From sequence record NZ_CP083859.1: a stretch of DNA of 64,000 bases. One strand, 5' to 3'. Both the position numbers and the translations under genes were made by a program. The stretch is from a plasmid. The notes beneath the pieces are model-generated. The model searched no databases. It saw only the letters and a program-made list of their open reading frames with translations, and had not been told where the DNA came from. Every line of letters starts with the position of its first letter. Positions within the stretch are counted from its first letter, which is position 1. Below are positions 49,945 through 63,348 of this stretch, in pieces.

Positions 49945-50832
49945 TCAGAACAACCTGGACAGTTTTGCCTTGACTTCATCGAGCCAGCCTTTTCCGCAGC
50001 CTCCCCCTCCCGTCTTTTCCTTGATTTTCTTGAGTTCAGCGTACAGGGGCTCAAAGTCCTTCCTTTTTCCATAGCCCAGCAGTTCTGCCATTTCCAACTG
50101 CTGCCGGGCTTCGTTCAACAATGTCTCCAGGCGCTCATTGGATGCTTCGCTGCGCTGACCATCTTCTACCAGGGGCTCGGCGCGCTTCAGGAGCAGCTTC
50201 GCACGCAGGACGGGCAGCGGAAGCACGCTGCGCTCCTCGACCAGCGTGCTGAGCGCTGACTGCAGCGCGGCTTTGGCTTCTTCGATCTTGCCCTGATCGA
50301 TCAGCGGCACGACTGCCTTCACGGCTGCGGGATAGGACGCCAAAGGGATGTTGGTGACCGTGATCACGATTTCACTGGCCAGCAAAGCCAGCATGTGGCG
50401 AGCCTGTTGCACCTCGCCATGTTTGAGGGCATCCAGCGCCTCGTCGGTCATCGCCTCAATGGTTTCCGTGTTGGCGAACAAGTCGTGCACGATGGTGCGC
50501 ACATCAACGCCGGCCAGGGCGAGCGTGGGTTCGCGCGCGACGATCAGCTCCAGCTTTCCCGTCACTTCGGCCAGCGTTGCCAATGCGCGTGCAGTGTCCT
50601 TGCCGTCAAGTGCGGCCAGCGCTGATTTGGTCAGCGACAAGGCCGAGACTGCCTCATCGAGGACTTGTTTACGTTTGTCTGCCGCCTGCGAGTCCGTTTC
50701 TTTCTGAACCTCAGGCTGTACCTCCGTGACGACTTCAGGCTTGGACTCTGGACTGACAGGAAGGCTGCTTACCGCGGCCTGTTCGTTTTTTCCTTCGTTC
50801 GTCGCATTGGGATTTGGTGTTTGCTCATTCAT
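49945..50832 (-). CDS. yfdX: YfdX-family protein 2 (LHR)
   Basis: A paralogue of the adjacent yfdX gene, sharing the C-terminal ELLGYGKRKDFEPLYAELKKI...GKGW motif. Confidence 0.75.
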   Translation of the reverse strand: MNEQTPNPNATNEGKNEQAAVSSLPVSPESKPEVVTEVQPEVQKETDSQAADKRKQVLDEAVSALSLTKSALAALDGKDTARALATLAEVTGKLELIVAREPTLALAGVDVRTIVHDLFANTETIEAMTDEALDALKHGEVQQARHMLALLASEIVITVTNIPLASYPAAVKAVVPLIDQGKIEEAKAALQSALSTLVEERSVLPLPVLRAKLLLKRAEPLVEDGQRSEASNERLETLLNEARQQLEMAELLGYGKRKDFEPLYAELKKIKEKTGGGGCGKGWLDEVKAKLSRLF

Positions 50833-50934
50833 GGTGATATGCCTCGTATGAGATAGTGAAAATAGGCGAATCTATTGGGGCTGAATGCGAACATCGCGAG
50901 ACTGACCGACAGAGCAGTCAGCCCCTTCATCACC

Positions 50935-51849
50935 TCAAAACAGCTTTTGGATGCGCGTCTTCAACTCGTCGAACCATCCCTTGCCGCTTTTGCCACCAGC
51001 TGACTTTTGCTCAATGGACTTCACCTGATCGAAGATGGGTTTGAAGTCCGCCTTCTTGCCATAACCCAGGATCTGCGCCATCTCGATCTCCGTGCGCACG
51101 GACGACAGCAAGGTGCTGAGCTCCTCGTTCTGCCTGGCATCGCGCCTGTCGGTCTCGGCCAGCTTTTCAGCTTTTGCCATCGCGGCTTCGGCCCGTAGCA
51201 CGGGCAGAGGAAAGGCGACCGAGGTCACCACCAGCGTGTTCAGTGCTCGGGCGAGTTCCGCTTTGGCGTTGTCGATCTTGCCGCTGTCGATGAGCCGTGC
51301 GGCCGACTTGATCGCTGCCGGGTACGTTGCCATCGGAAGGTTGTCGGTTTCGATTACGATTTCGCTGGCCAGATTGGCAACGATGGGCCGGGCCTTTTGC
51401 ACCTCGCCATCACTCAACAACTCCCGAGACAACTTGACCGCTTTCTTTACCGATTCCACGTTGGCGTGGATATCGTGGGTGATGACGCGTACATCGACCG
51501 GCGCCAAAGCAAGTTTAGCGTCGCGTGCCAATACCAGTTCCAGCTTTCCGCTGGCCAGTTCCAGCGCAGCAAGCGCCTCCTTGGTCTTGTTTGCATCAAG
51601 GAGGGTCAAAGCCTCCTGGGTCTTGGTGAGCGCCGTGATGGCGTCTTGAGTGAGCTCGGCACGCTTTTTATCGGCTTCCCGGGCGGCCTTGTCATCTACC
51701 TGTGGCTGTGCCGCCTTGGATGCGGCAGAGGGTGCTGCAGCACCTGGGCTAGAACCTGCCGCCGATTGGGCCAGAGCCGGTCCGCTCAGTCCGACGACGA
51801 CCGCCAGGGCAAGTGCGGAGAAGGTGTATTGTGGCTGTTTGATATTCAT
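50935..51849 (-). CDS. yfdX: YfdX-family protein 1 (LHR), signal peptide
   Basis: MNIKQPQYTFSALALAVVVGLSGPALA...ILGYGKKADFKPIFDQVKSI...GKGW. Confidence 0.75.
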   Translation of the reverse strand: MNIKQPQYTFSALALAVVVGLSGPALAQSAAGSSPGAAAPSAASKAAQPQVDDKAAREADKKRAELTQDAITALTKTQEALTLLDANKTKEALAALELASGKLELVLARDAKLALAPVDVRVITHDIHANVESVKKAVKLSRELLSDGEVQKARPIVANLASEIVIETDNLPMATYPAAIKSAARLIDSGKIDNAKAELARALNTLVVTSVAFPLPVLRAEAAMAKAEKLAETDRRDARQNEELSTLLSSVRTEIEMAQILGYGKKADFKPIFDQVKSIEQKSAGGKSGKGWFDELKTRIQKLF

Positions 51850-51871
51850 GATCTTGGGCTCCTGATTGAAG

Positions 51872-52330
51872 TTAGTTGACTGAGATTTCAATCTGTTTCG
51901 GTTTGTCTTGCTCGGCCTTGACAAGCCGCACTTCCAGCACGCCGTCTTTCATGGAAGTCGTCACCTTGGTCGGATCAACGTTGTCAGGCAAGACAAAGCT
52001 GCGCACAAAGCGGCCATAGGCACGTTCGATGCGGTGGAACTTCTTGCCCTGCTCCTCTTTTTCCAGTTTGCGCTCGCCGCTGATGGTGAGCACACCGTTT
52101 TCCGCGCTGACGCGCACGGCATCCCTGGGGACCTCCGGCAGATCCAGCTTGAGGAGGAATGCGTTCTCATCCTCGCTGATGTCCGCCATTAGAGCCCAGT
52201 CCGCCGTGGTCTTGGCTTCGTTGCCGGTACGGGCGCCCTGTCGCTGGGGTATTCGTCCGAACATCGTCGCCAGGCGGTTTTGCAATTCATCCAGTTCCCG
52301 GAAGGGGTCCCACGGAGTCAATGCAGACAT
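51872..52330 (-). CDS. Small heat-shock protein Hsp20 (alpha-crystallin domain), LHR copy 2
   Basis: WALMADISEDENAFLLKLDLPEV...GVLTISGER...GVLEVRLVK. Confidence 0.85.
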   Translation of the reverse strand: MSALTPWDPFRELDELQNRLATMFGRIPQRQGARTGNEAKTTADWALMADISEDENAFLLKLDLPEVPRDAVRVSAENGVLTISGERKLEKEEQGKKFHRIERAYGRFVRSFVLPDNVDPTKVTTSMKDGVLEVRLVKAEQDKPKQIEISVN

Positions 52331-52417
52331 ATCGGTTCTCCTTGAACAATGCCGACGAATTGGATGACGCACTGAACAGAGCCGTCGGTTTACTCTGAAT
52401 GGCAGCTACTACTGTTT

Positions 52418-53385
<968 letters not shown>

Positions 53386-53476
53386 TCACGCTTGTAGACG
53401 ACCGCCACCGCGATCGATGCCAGGGAGGCTGCCCATGCCAGGCTGATGGAGTCGGACACGGCAGCCTCGCCCGCCA

Positions 53477-56326
53477 TCAAGATGCGTCGCTCGCCGACTT
53501 CTTCTTGCTCGAGTCTTTGCCAGCGTCGCCGTGCGGCGTCTCGGTCGCCTTCGCGACATCCGGCTGCTCCGGCTCGGCCGGGGTCTGCGGTGGCTCTTTG
53601 CGTTCGAACACCACGCGTTCGGCCTTGTCGTCCCAGCGTGCGCTGGCGTGATCGCCCTTGCCGATGCCGCCACCGAGCATCTCGCGCGCCAGCGCAGTTT
53701 CCAGCTCGCTGCGGATCAGGCGCTTGAGTTCACGCGCACCGAACTCGGGCTTGTAGCCTTCTTCCGCGAAATGGTCGATCAGCGTCTGATCGAAAGTGAG
53801 CGTCACGCCCTGGCTGGCGGCGCTGCGCGCCACGCGATCGAGCTGCAGGCCGACGATGTGGCGGATCTCCTCCTTGCCCAGCGCATGGAAGACGATGATC
53901 TCGTCGATGCGGTTGAGGAACTCGGGCCGGAAGTGGCCGCGCAGCACGTCCATGACCTCGGCCTTGGTCTTTTCGTACTCCTCGCCAGCCGCCTCACGCG
54001 CCTTCAGCCGTCGCTGGATGATGTCCGAACCCAGGTTGGACGTGGCGATGATGATGGTGTTGGTGAAATCCACCACCCGGCCCTTGCCGTCGGTGAGGCG
54101 ACCGTCGTCGAACACTTGCAGCAGGATGTTGTAGACGTCAGGGTGTGCCTTCTCGATCTCGTCGAGCAGCAGCACGCTGTAGGGCTTGCGCCGCACCTTC
54201 TCGGTGAGCTGACCGCCTTCGTCGTAACCGACATAGCCCGGAGGCGCGCCCACCAGCCGCGCCACGGTATGGCGTTCGCCATATTCCGACATGTCGATGC
54301 GCAACAGGGCGTGCTCATCGCCGTAGATCGATTCGGCCAATGCCTTGGCGAGCTCGGTCTTGCCCACCCCGGTCGGGCCCAGAAACAGGAAGGTAGCCAC
54401 CGGTTTACTGCCTTCGCGCAGGCCGGCGCGGGATAGCCGCACGGCATCGGCCACGGCACGGACCGCCTCGTCTTGTCCCACCAGGCGCTCGTGCAGCCGT
54501 TGTTCCAAGTGCAGCAGCTTTTCGCGCTCTTCCACCGTCAACTCGTTGACCGGGATGCCGGTCAGGCGCGAGACAACCTGCGCCACGTGTTCCGCCTTGA
54601 CCTCGGCACTGCCGGAGGCCCGCTCCCGCTCCCAGTCCTCGACGAGCTTCTTGAGCTCGGCCTCCTTGGCTTCGATGCGCTTGCCGAGCTCGGCGGCCTG
54701 GTCGTACTGCTTGCGCGCGGCCACGTAATCCTGTTCACGCCGTAGCTGGTGCAGTTCGGACTCCAGCTCCTGCACGGCCACCGGCCGGGCCGTGGCCGAC
54801 AGCTTCACGCGCGCGGCCGCCTGGTCGAGCAGGTCGATCGCCTTGTCCGGCAGGAAGCGCGCCGTGATGTAGCGGTCGGACAACTCGGCCGCCGCGATGA
54901 TCGCGTCCTCGGAGATGCTGACCTTGTGGTGCGCCTCGAAGGTGTCGCGCAGGCCGCGCAGAATCATGATGGTCTGGGCCACCGTCGGCTCGGGCACCGT
55001 CACCGGCTGGAAGCGCCGCTCCAGTGCGGCATCCTTCTCGATGTATTTCTGGTACTCGTTCAGCGTCGTGGCGCCGATCAGGTTGAGTTCACCGCGCGCC
55101 ATCATCGGTTTGAACACGTTGGCCACGTCCAGCCCGCCTTCGCCACCGCCCTGGCCGGCACCGACGATGGTGTGCACCTCGTCGATGAACAAAATCAGCT
55201 CGCCCTGGTGCTCGGTCACCTCCTTCAGCACCTTCTGCACGCGCTCCTCGAACTCGCCGCGATATTTGGCGCCGGCCACCATGGCGTTGATGTTGAGTTC
55301 CACCAGGCGCTTGTCGCGCAAGGTCTCGGGCACTTCACCCGCCACCATGCGCTGCGCCAGCCCTTCGACGATGGCGGTCTTGCCCACACCCGGCTCGCCG
55401 ATCAGCACCGGGTTGTTCTTCTTGCGCCGGGCCAGCACCTCGATGGTGGTTTCGATCTCCTGCGCGCGGCCGATCACCGGGTCGAGCTTGCCGTCGCGCG
55501 CCATCTTGGTCAGGTCGCGCGAGTACTTGTCGAGTTCTGGCGTGTTGGTCGGCGTCTCAGCGCGGCCATCCTCGGCGCCCTTGCCGACCACCTTGCTGAC
55601 CTGTTGGCGCAGCGCCTGCGGCGTCAGGCCGTAGCGGCGCAGCAGGTTGGCGGCCAGCCCTTCGCCTTCCTCGGCCAGACCGATCAGGAAATGCTCTGGA
55701 CCGACATAAGAATGGCCGAGTTCATTGGAGGCCACGAAGGCGCGGCTGAGCGCATCCTTCACGCGCGGCGACACGCCGATCTCGCCCTCGAAGGGCTTGT
55801 CCCCGCGCTTGGCCTCAGACTCGATCTGCCGCTTGAGGTCATCGACCTTGATCTTGAACTGACCCAGGATGGTCTTGACCACGTCGCTGTCGGCCAGCGC
55901 CAGCAGCAGATGTTCGGTATCCACCTCGGAGCGGCCAAATTCGGCAGCGTGTTTGGCGGCCTCCTGCAGCAAGGCTTCCGACTGTTCGCTGATGCGGCTG
56001 GCCAACCCACTGCCGCGACGGCGCGGCGCACCCGAACCTGCGGTGGCGGGCTCGCCAAACGAGGCATCGACCACGTCATCGGTATCGGCGGCAACTGGCG
56101 TCGCGTCTTCGCCGATGCGGAAGAAGTCACTGCCGAGGAAGTCCTCGAACAGGCCGCTGCGCGAGCCGAACAAGGCTTCCAGCGGCGAAACGGTGCGCTT
56201 TTGCTGGCGCACTAATTGCCGGTAATGGTCGTCGCACAACAGCATGGTGCTGTTACGACCGTTGAGATTGGCTTCTACCCGCATGGTGGCGGGTTGGCCG
56301 CAGACCTGGCATTGTTTTCTGGCCAT
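53477..56326 (-). CDS. clpK: ClpK/ClpG disaggregase-type Clp ATPase (two AAA+ domains, N-terminal zinc-ribbon)
   Basis: [13 protein letters not shown]..., two Walker A motifs (GEPGVGKT and GPTGVGKTE), Clp N-domain repeats. About 950 aa. Confidence 0.9.
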   Translation of the reverse strand: MARKQCQVCGQPATMRVEANLNGRNSTMLLCDDHYRQLVRQQKRTVSPLEALFGSRSGLFEDFLGSDFFRIGEDATPVAADTDDVVDASFGEPATAGSGAPRRRGSGLASRISEQSEALLQEAAKHAAEFGRSEVDTEHLLLALADSDVVKTILGQFKIKVDDLKRQIESEAKRGDKPFEGEIGVSPRVKDALSRAFVASNELGHSYVGPEHFLIGLAEEGEGLAANLLRRYGLTPQALRQQVSKVVGKGAEDGRAETPTNTPELDKYSRDLTKMARDGKLDPVIGRAQEIETTIEVLARRKKNNPVLIGEPGVGKTAIVEGLAQRMVAGEVPETLRDKRLVELNINAMVAGAKYRGEFEERVQKVLKEVTEHQGELILFIDEVHTIVGAGQGGGEGGLDVANVFKPMMARGELNLIGATTLNEYQKYIEKDAALERRFQPVTVPEPTVAQTIMILRGLRDTFEAHHKVSISEDAIIAAAELSDRYITARFLPDKAIDLLDQAAARVKLSATARPVAVQELESELHQLRREQDYVAARKQYDQAAELGKRIEAKEAELKKLVEDWERERASGSAEVKAEHVAQVVSRLTGIPVNELTVEEREKLLHLEQRLHERLVGQDEAVRAVADAVRLSRAGLREGSKPVATFLFLGPTGVGKTELAKALAESIYGDEHALLRIDMSEYGERHTVARLVGAPPGYVGYDEGGQLTEKVRRKPYSVLLLDEIEKAHPDVYNILLQVFDDGRLTDGKGRVVDFTNTIIIATSNLGSDIIQRRLKAREAAGEEYEKTKAEVMDVLRGHFRPEFLNRIDEIIVFHALGKEEIRHIVGLQLDRVARSAASQGVTLTFDQTLIDHFAEEGYKPEFGARELKRLIRSELETALAREMLGGGIGKGDHASARWDDKAERVVFERKEPPQTPAEPEQPDVAKATETPHGDAGKDSSKKKSASDAS

Positions 56327-56431
56327 GCTGATGCTCCTGAGAAGGTTGACAAGGTTGAGGCGACGAGGCATCGCGAGCCGCGACTCCTCGTCTCGTGCCG
56401 GGTTTTTCTTGTGACGAACGAGCCTGCGACG

Positions 56432-57001
56432 TCAGCCGTTGATCGGGATCGAGCGTCCCTGCTTCGGCGCGCTGACCTCGCGCTTGTCGATCGTGACCGT
56501 GAGCACCCCGTTCTTGAACGATGCCTTGATCGAATCCTGGTTGGCGTCGTCAGGCAGGTTCAAGGCACGCTGAAAGCTGCCGTAGGAGCGCTCCACACGG
56601 TGGAAGCCACCTTCCTTCTTCTCCTGTTCCTGGCGCTTCTCGCCACGCACCATCAGCACGTCGTTGTCGAGAGTTATCTGGATGTCCTTCTCCTCGACAC
56701 CGGGCACTTCCAGGGTAATCTTGTACTGCTTGTCGGTTTCCTGGATGTCCAGGGCCGGCTTCAGCATGCCCGACCAATCGGATGGCCACTGCGGCATGTT
56801 CAACGCCGGAAAACCGAAGCCCCGGAATGCGTCATCGAACAGCCGGTCGATTTCCCGATGCAGTTGCAGGATCGGGCTGACTGGCCCGCTCGCCGCTGGC
56901 AGGTCATTGCGCTGCACCGGCAGGGAAGAGACGGTCTGCTGCTCTTGCTGCTCGTTCTTGAACCAGTTCCAGGGAGCCAACTTCTTGAAATCGATGTCCA
57001 T
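56432..57001 (-). CDS. Small heat-shock protein Hsp20, LHR copy 1
   Basis: 189 aa with an alpha-crystallin domain (YKITLEVPGVEEKDIQITLDNDVLMVRGEK...GVLTVTIDK). Confidence 0.85.
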   Translation of the reverse strand: MDIDFKKLAPWNWFKNEQQEQQTVSSLPVQRNDLPAASGPVSPILQLHREIDRLFDDAFRGFGFPALNMPQWPSDWSGMLKPALDIQETDKQYKITLEVPGVEEKDIQITLDNDVLMVRGEKRQEQEKKEGGFHRVERSYGSFQRALNLPDDANQDSIKASFKNGVLTVTIDKREVSAPKQGRSIPING

Positions 57002-57035
57002 GCCATACCTCCAGAAAAATTGGAAAACGAGTTAC

Positions 57036-57317
57036 TCAAGCCCTTTGCCTGCTGTGACGGGCAGTGCGCCCAGGCGACACGGGCTGCTCGGATGACTTCT
57101 GCTGTTCACGCTTGCGCATCACCTCCTTCTTTGCTCCGGCTCGGGTCTGATCATTGATGCACTGATCGATTTCACTTTGACGAAGCCGCCACGTCCCGCC
57201 CATCTTGAAAGCCGGAATTTCCCCGTGTGCGGCGAGCCGATAAAGCGTCCGCTTGCCGACTTTCAAGTACGCAGCCAATTCATCGAGCGTGAAAATCACC
57301 TGTAGGTGCGCTTTCAT
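57036..57317 (-). CDS. MerR/excisionase-family HTH regulator (LHR orf1-like)
   Basis: MKAHLQVIFTLDELAAYLKVGKRTLYRLAAHGEIPAFKMGGTWRL. GGAGAG ribosome-binding site before the internal ATG at 57317. Confidence 0.7.
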   Translation of the reverse strand: MKAHLQVIFTLDELAAYLKVGKRTLYRLAAHGEIPAFKMGGTWRLRQSEIDQCINDQTRAGAKKEVMRKREQQKSSEQPVSPGRTARHSRQRA

Positions 57318-57799
57318 CTCACCCTCTCCAATCGCGCCGCTTTGCGGTTCCGGCCAAGGAAATCCTTGCAATACTTTGTAATATTAGACCTACTATGAAT
57401 AACTTCAAGAGTCAATGTGCAGCGTTCTCCCGCCCCATTGATGCAGGTCAACTGCTCAGGCAAGGCACAGGGGGGCGGCCTGATCAGGCAATGGACAGCG
57501 CCTGGCTCCTCAGCCTGCGTGTGCCACAGGCGCCTCGATCAAACACCGATCCTCACGTTGTAGCCGAGTGCCCGCAGCCCCTTGCTCGTCTGCATGTTCC
57601 TTGGCGGAAACTCGTCTGGGCGCGCCCAGACGACGATTTCCCCGAGGCTGCTCAGGCCAACGTGCGGAATTGCCCAGTCGTCGCTGCGGATCGCGTTCCA
57701 GAGTCGGGCCGAAACACTTCCGTTGCCCCAGACAACGTAGTTCAACAGTATCCGTCCGGCCAACACACCTTCCCGACACCGCCGCCGAAGGCCATGGCC

Positions 57800-58141
57800 C
57801 ATCAAGCGGATTTTCCATGCGCCCTCAGCGCCGTACCTACAGCAAATCTTTCAAGGCTCAGGTCATTCAGGAGTGTTCTGAACCCGGTGCCTCCATCGCA
57901 AACATCGCCTTGGGCTACAGCCTCAATGCCAACCTCGACCACAAATGGATTCGGCTGCCTACCCAGAAAACCACGGCTATCCAGCCAGCGTTCATCCCGT
58001 TGCCTTCTCAAATGCTCGGCGTGGGTTCGCATACTCAAGCGCGCTGCTGCGATCATGAGTTTGATCCAGTCGGCCCGTAATAATGGGCACGATCCGTATG
58101 CCTATCTCAAGGATGTGCTGACACGGTTGCCGTCCCTGTAA
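57800..58141 (+). pseudogene. IS66-family remnants (TnpA N-terminus and TnpC C-terminus, internal deletion)
   Basis: MRPQRRTYSKSFKAQVIQECSEPGASIANIALGYSLNANLDHKW is IS66 TnpA-like. ...SLIQSARNNGHDPYAYLKDVLTRLPSL is an IS66 TnpC C-terminus. Confidence 0.55.
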
Positions 58142-58633
58142 CAGCCTGAAGTTGACCTGGGTAATCAAATACCGGTGTAGTGATTAGGAAACAGGGCTCG
58201 GATAACATCATGGCGCAGGTCATTGAACCTACTAACGACGCCGGATATATGGTCGCAAACCACATCGAACTAGTACTTGCATCACCCGGGGCGTCCTGAA
58301 GTGGTTTACTGAATTTGGCCACCTGAACAGAGGTGATATGCTCACCTCAGAACAACACAGGTGTCATAATGAAAAAAAAGAAATTTCAGCGCAGAGTTTA
58401 AACGCGAATCCGCTCAACTGGTCGTTGACCAGAACTACACCGTGGCAGATGCAGCCAGCGCTATGGATGTCGGCCTTTCCACAATGACGCGATGGGTGAA
58501 ACAATTACGTGATGAACGGCAGGGCAAAACACCAAAAGCCTCCCCCATTACCCCGGAACAAATTGAAATCCGTGAGCTCAGGAAAAAGCTACAACGTATT
58601 GAAATGGAAAATGAAATATTAAAAAAGGCTACT

Positions 58634-59854
58634 GTAGATTCAATCTGTCAATGCAACACCCCTTTCAATTATCTCTTTCGGTGTTTTGAACTTCAGTGTC
58701 TTTCTCGGTCTGTTGTTTAGCTGAGCAGCAACCAGATCTAGTTCATGTTGAGTATATTGGGCAAGACATGTCTTTTTAGGAAAGTACTGCCGAATTAGCC
58801 CATTTGTGTTCTCATTTGTTCCCCGCTGCCAAGGACTCTGAGGATCGCAGAAGTAAACTTTAACGCCGGTGCTGACAGTAAATTCTAGATGTCTGGCCAG
58901 TTCCATTCCTCTGTCCCATGTCAGTGATTTTCTGAGTTCTGACGGTAAACTCAGGAATTTGTCGGTAAGAGCCTGATTTACTGAGACAGAATCTTTGCCC
59001 CTGAGTCTAAGGATGATCGTATAACGTGATTTTCGGTCTACAAGTGTGGCTATATGAGAGTTTTTTGTACCTGAGACTAAATCGCCCTCCCAATGCCCCA
59101 GAGAGCGTCTGTTATCGATATTTCGGGAACGTTCGTGAATTGGTGTTCCGTTCACTATGTTAATCGTACCTCTTTCGCCTTTGCGGGTATGACGCCTGCC
59201 ATGGCGAAGGCTATGCGACCGTCGCAGATGCTGTATATTCAGGTGGTGTAGCGCTTCACGGCTACGAAAGTACAGCGTTTTATAAATTGTCTCAGGTGAT
59301 ATTCGCAGCGTTTTTTGACGTGGTTTTGTTCGCCTTAACCATCCTGATATTTGCTCTGGAGACCATTTCATCTCCAGCTTTTCCAGAACAAGCTTTCGCA
59401 ATGGTAAATTTTGATCCAGTAAGCACGGTTTTTGGCCTTTTCGCCATTCTGTTGGCTCGGTTATTAGCATCAACAGCTTTGTAATAGCGTCTGCCCCGAT
59501 TACGCTGAACTTCACGTGAGATCGTCGAAGGACTGCGATTCAGCGCAGTAGCTATCGCACGAATGCTCATTTTGGCTGACAAACCAGCTCGTATCTCCTC
59601 GCGCTCAGACAGTGTCAGGTGAGCTACAGCCCGCTTACGCTCATGGGGTTTTATGCCGCCAGTATCCCTTAACATAGTGAAGATCGTTCCGGGTTTTGAA
59701 CCCAGGATATTCGCTATTTCACTGAAGCCTGTTCCGTTCTTCCATAGTTCAAAAACAGAGGCTTTTTCCTCTGCTGTAAATGTTCGTCTCATTCAAAAAA
59801 CCTCCGCAACCCCATGTTTTCACATAACTGTTGCGTTGACCAATTGAATCTACA
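58634..59854 (-). mobile_element. IS30 (1221 bp) inserted into IS911-like orfA
   Basis: Terminal inverted repeats TGTAGATTCAATCTGTCAATGCAACACC at 58634 and GGTTGCGTTGACCAATTGAATCTACA ending at 59854. The length equals IS30. Confidence 0.9.
58640..59792 (-). pseudogene. IS30 transposase, frameshifted into two overlapping ORFs
   Basis: The N-terminal HTH part (59292-59792, MRRTFTAEEKASVFELWKNGTGFSEIANILG) and the C-terminal DDE part (58640-59515) overlap in different frames near the MAKRPK/PCLLDQN junction. Confidence 0.8.
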
Positions 59855-60734
59855 ACCGCGCTCTTGATGTCAGACTCCCTGAACAGTTCTCGATAATCGG
59901 GAAACTCAGGGCGCGTTATCCTGTGGCCACTCTCTGCCATGTGTTCGGGGTTCATCGCAGCAGCTACAAATACTGGAAAAACCGTCCTGAAAAGCCAGAC
60001 GGCAGACGGGCTGTATTACGCAGTCAGGTACTTGAACTGCATGGCATCAGCCACGGCTCTGCCGGAGCAAGAAGCATCGCCACAATGGCAACCCAGAGAG
60101 GCTACCAGATGGGGCGCTGGCTTGCTGGCAGACTCATGAAAGAGCTGGGGCTGGTCAGTTGCCAGCAGCCGACTCACCGGTATAAGCGTGGCGGTCATGA
60201 GCACGTTGCTATCCCGAATCATCTTGAGCGACAGTTCGCCGTAACGGAACCAAATCAGGTGTGGTGCGGTGATGTGACCTATATCTGGACGGGTAAGCGC
60301 TGGGCGTACCTCGCCGTTGTTCTCGACCTGTTCGCAAGAAAACCAGTGGGCTGGGCCATGTCGTTCTCGCCGGACAGCAGGCTCACCATGAAAGCACTGG
60401 AAATGGCATGGGAAACCCGTGGTAAGCCCGTCGGGGTTATGTTCCACAGCGATAGTAATAATGCCGATGTCAGTCTTTACCACCACTTAGTTTGCCGTTT
60501 AACCAGATTGGTGTGATTACTGATGCAGTGAAGACCTTCCCGCATCCTGACTCACACAGCGATCGACCTTTTGTGTCCTGCCCTGGACCCGTCGGTTGCC
60601 GGAAGCGCCTTCATGCGAGGCATCTCCTCACCGATGCGCGTGACTCAAGAAGGGCCTGACGGCTTGTCTCGTTACTGTCCTGTCCGGGTTATCTGTCTGG
60701 AGATTCAACTCTGTTTCCTCACAGGAGCTCTGTC

Positions 60735-60971
60735 ATGGTTGATAAAGTTACCGAAGCTGCCGTTGTGGGTGGCGTGGATACACATAAAGATTTGCACGTT
60801 GCCGCTGTCGTAGATCAGAACAATAAAGTCCTTGGGACTCAGTATTTCTCCACAACACGACAAGGTTACCGGCAGATGCTGGCATGGATGACCTCGTTTG
60901 GGACATTAAAGCGAATTGGTGTTGAGTGCACAGGTACCTATGGTTCCGGTTTGCTTCGTTACCAGTCATAA
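60735..60971 (+). pseudogene. IS110-family transposase N-terminal fragment
   Basis: VVGGVDTHKDLHVAAVVDQNNKVLG...GVECTGTYGSGLLRY, ending after 78 codons. Confidence 0.6.
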
Positions 60972-61056
60972 AACCAACCGGCGTCTTTTCAGAAGTTTGC
61001 ACTTCATCACATAGCGGTGGTTAAATTCGCTACATAAGCCCAAAAAGAGCAGGGGA

Positions 61057-62414
61057 CTAACGTTTCAGGCTGGCCCTGAATTCCGCTGGGTTTGCCAGCA
61101 CCGGATTGATAGCTCTTACTTGTTCCTGCACCCGGGCCTGTGCCCGCCTTTTAGGCATCTTCTTGCTACGGTCCCGTTTCCCGTCCCGCTCCAGTTCGTC
61201 CATCTTGTCCTGAGCGAGTTTCAGAACAGCCCCAAGACGCTTGTTATCAACGATTTGCCCCTGGTCGACACATTCCAGTTTGTCGAACACCTGATATTTG
61301 AGTGAACGGTAACCGTATTTGAATGCCAGCGTGCCGTCCGGATAGTCGAAGACTGTTATTTTTTCGCCAGCGATGCGAGTATTTTCTTCACTAGGTTCAA
61401 CCAGATATATCATTTTGTCATAGCGGAATGTCAGCGTTTTAGACAGCTTACGCAGTTACTGCCAGGCAAAGATATCATCCAGCTCTTCGTTGCTTTCAGC
61501 CACGGTTCGGTGCAGATCTTTGGGGTATTTTGCTGGTCTTGCGAAGCGACGATTGAAGTCGGCAATGAAGGTATCCAGCCAGGCGTTGGCTGCTTCAATA
61601 CTGCTGATTCCCTCGAGACACATATCCTTGATAAGCCGATCCTGAAGTGTCTGATTTGCTCGCTCTACGCGGCCTTTAGCCTGCGGACTGTTGGCACAAA
61701 TCAGTTCGATCCCCAGTTCAGAAAGCACGCGGCCAAACTGGGTAACACCGGTTGTGGTTGAACCACCATTATTGACCCTGAAAATGCCGTGCTTGTCGCT
61801 GTAGAACGCAAGGGGCTTGCCGTGTTGCTCGAGATACTCGCGGGTGGCCATCATGTAATCAAAGGCTGATTCAGTCTCACCAAAGCGAAGGTGCATCAGG
61901 CGACCAGTCGCGTCATCAATAAAGACGAGCAGGCAGCATTTGGGGGCACGTCCTTCAAACCAGTCATGCGGGGAACCATCGATCTGAACAAGTTCTCCGA
62001 GGCAGTCACGCCGGTATCTGGGTTGATGAACACGTGGCCTGCGACGTGAGTATGGGACCCAGAGTCCTCAGCCGTCATCCATTTTCTGAGCGTTTCAACA
62101 GACACCGTGATGTTATGGCGTTCGCGCAATTTTCCTGCGGCAAGCGTTGGTCCAAAGTCGCTGTAGTTATCGTGAAGTAAAGAAAGTACACGCAGCTTCA
62201 GTGACTCAGGAAGCCTGTGATTACCGGGGTGTCCACGCCGAAGGTTTGCCAGACCTGCGGCACCAGACTCACGAAAACGGTTCATTAACCGCTGTGTCTG
62301 ACGTTCGGTCAGAGCAAGCTGATGAGCAGCATCACGACGGCGCATGCGTTTATCAACAACTGACTGAATGACGTTGATCCGGCTGAGTTCTTTATCTGAC
62401 ATGGTCACAAGCAT
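61057..62414 (-). pseudogene. ISNCY/IS481-like DDE (rve) transposase split into three ORFs
   Basis: HTH N-terminus (61896-62414), rve core with ...SDKHGIFRVNN...NSPQAKGRVERANQTLQDRL (61456-61896), and a C-terminal piece (61057-61413), in consecutive frames. Confidence 0.55.
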
Positions 62415-62608
62415 CCTGATGTCTCCATGGCCTGAGGATTGGATCCTTTATGCCAGAAAAAGTGACATCACTAAATGGGTTAAAAGTGACATCAGAATAT
62501 TGCAGTTACAAAGCCGGTTCGCATAACAAAGATTATGTTAAATTCAATGGTAAAATCATTATAAATCAATATCTTAAATATAGAACAAGCCCCTTTCTTC
62601 CTCAAACC

Positions 62609-63348
<740 letters not shown>

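Larger units (their letters stand above)
58298..60470 (+). mobile_element. IS911-like IS3-family element, interrupted by IS30 and truncated at its 3' end
   Basis: Inverted-repeat-like TGAAGTGGTTTACTGAATTTGGCCACC at 58298. orf[30 protein letters not shown]...ILKKAT is broken at 58633 and resumes at 59855 ([13 protein letters not shown]). orfB 59923-60465 diverges after GVMFHSD and ends. Confidence 0.7.

Noticed and set aside
54749-56215. 488-aa plus-strand ORF inside clpK
   Set aside because: It is antisense to a clear Clp ATPase with two Walker motifs, and its translation is low-complexity. A GC-rich shadow ORF.
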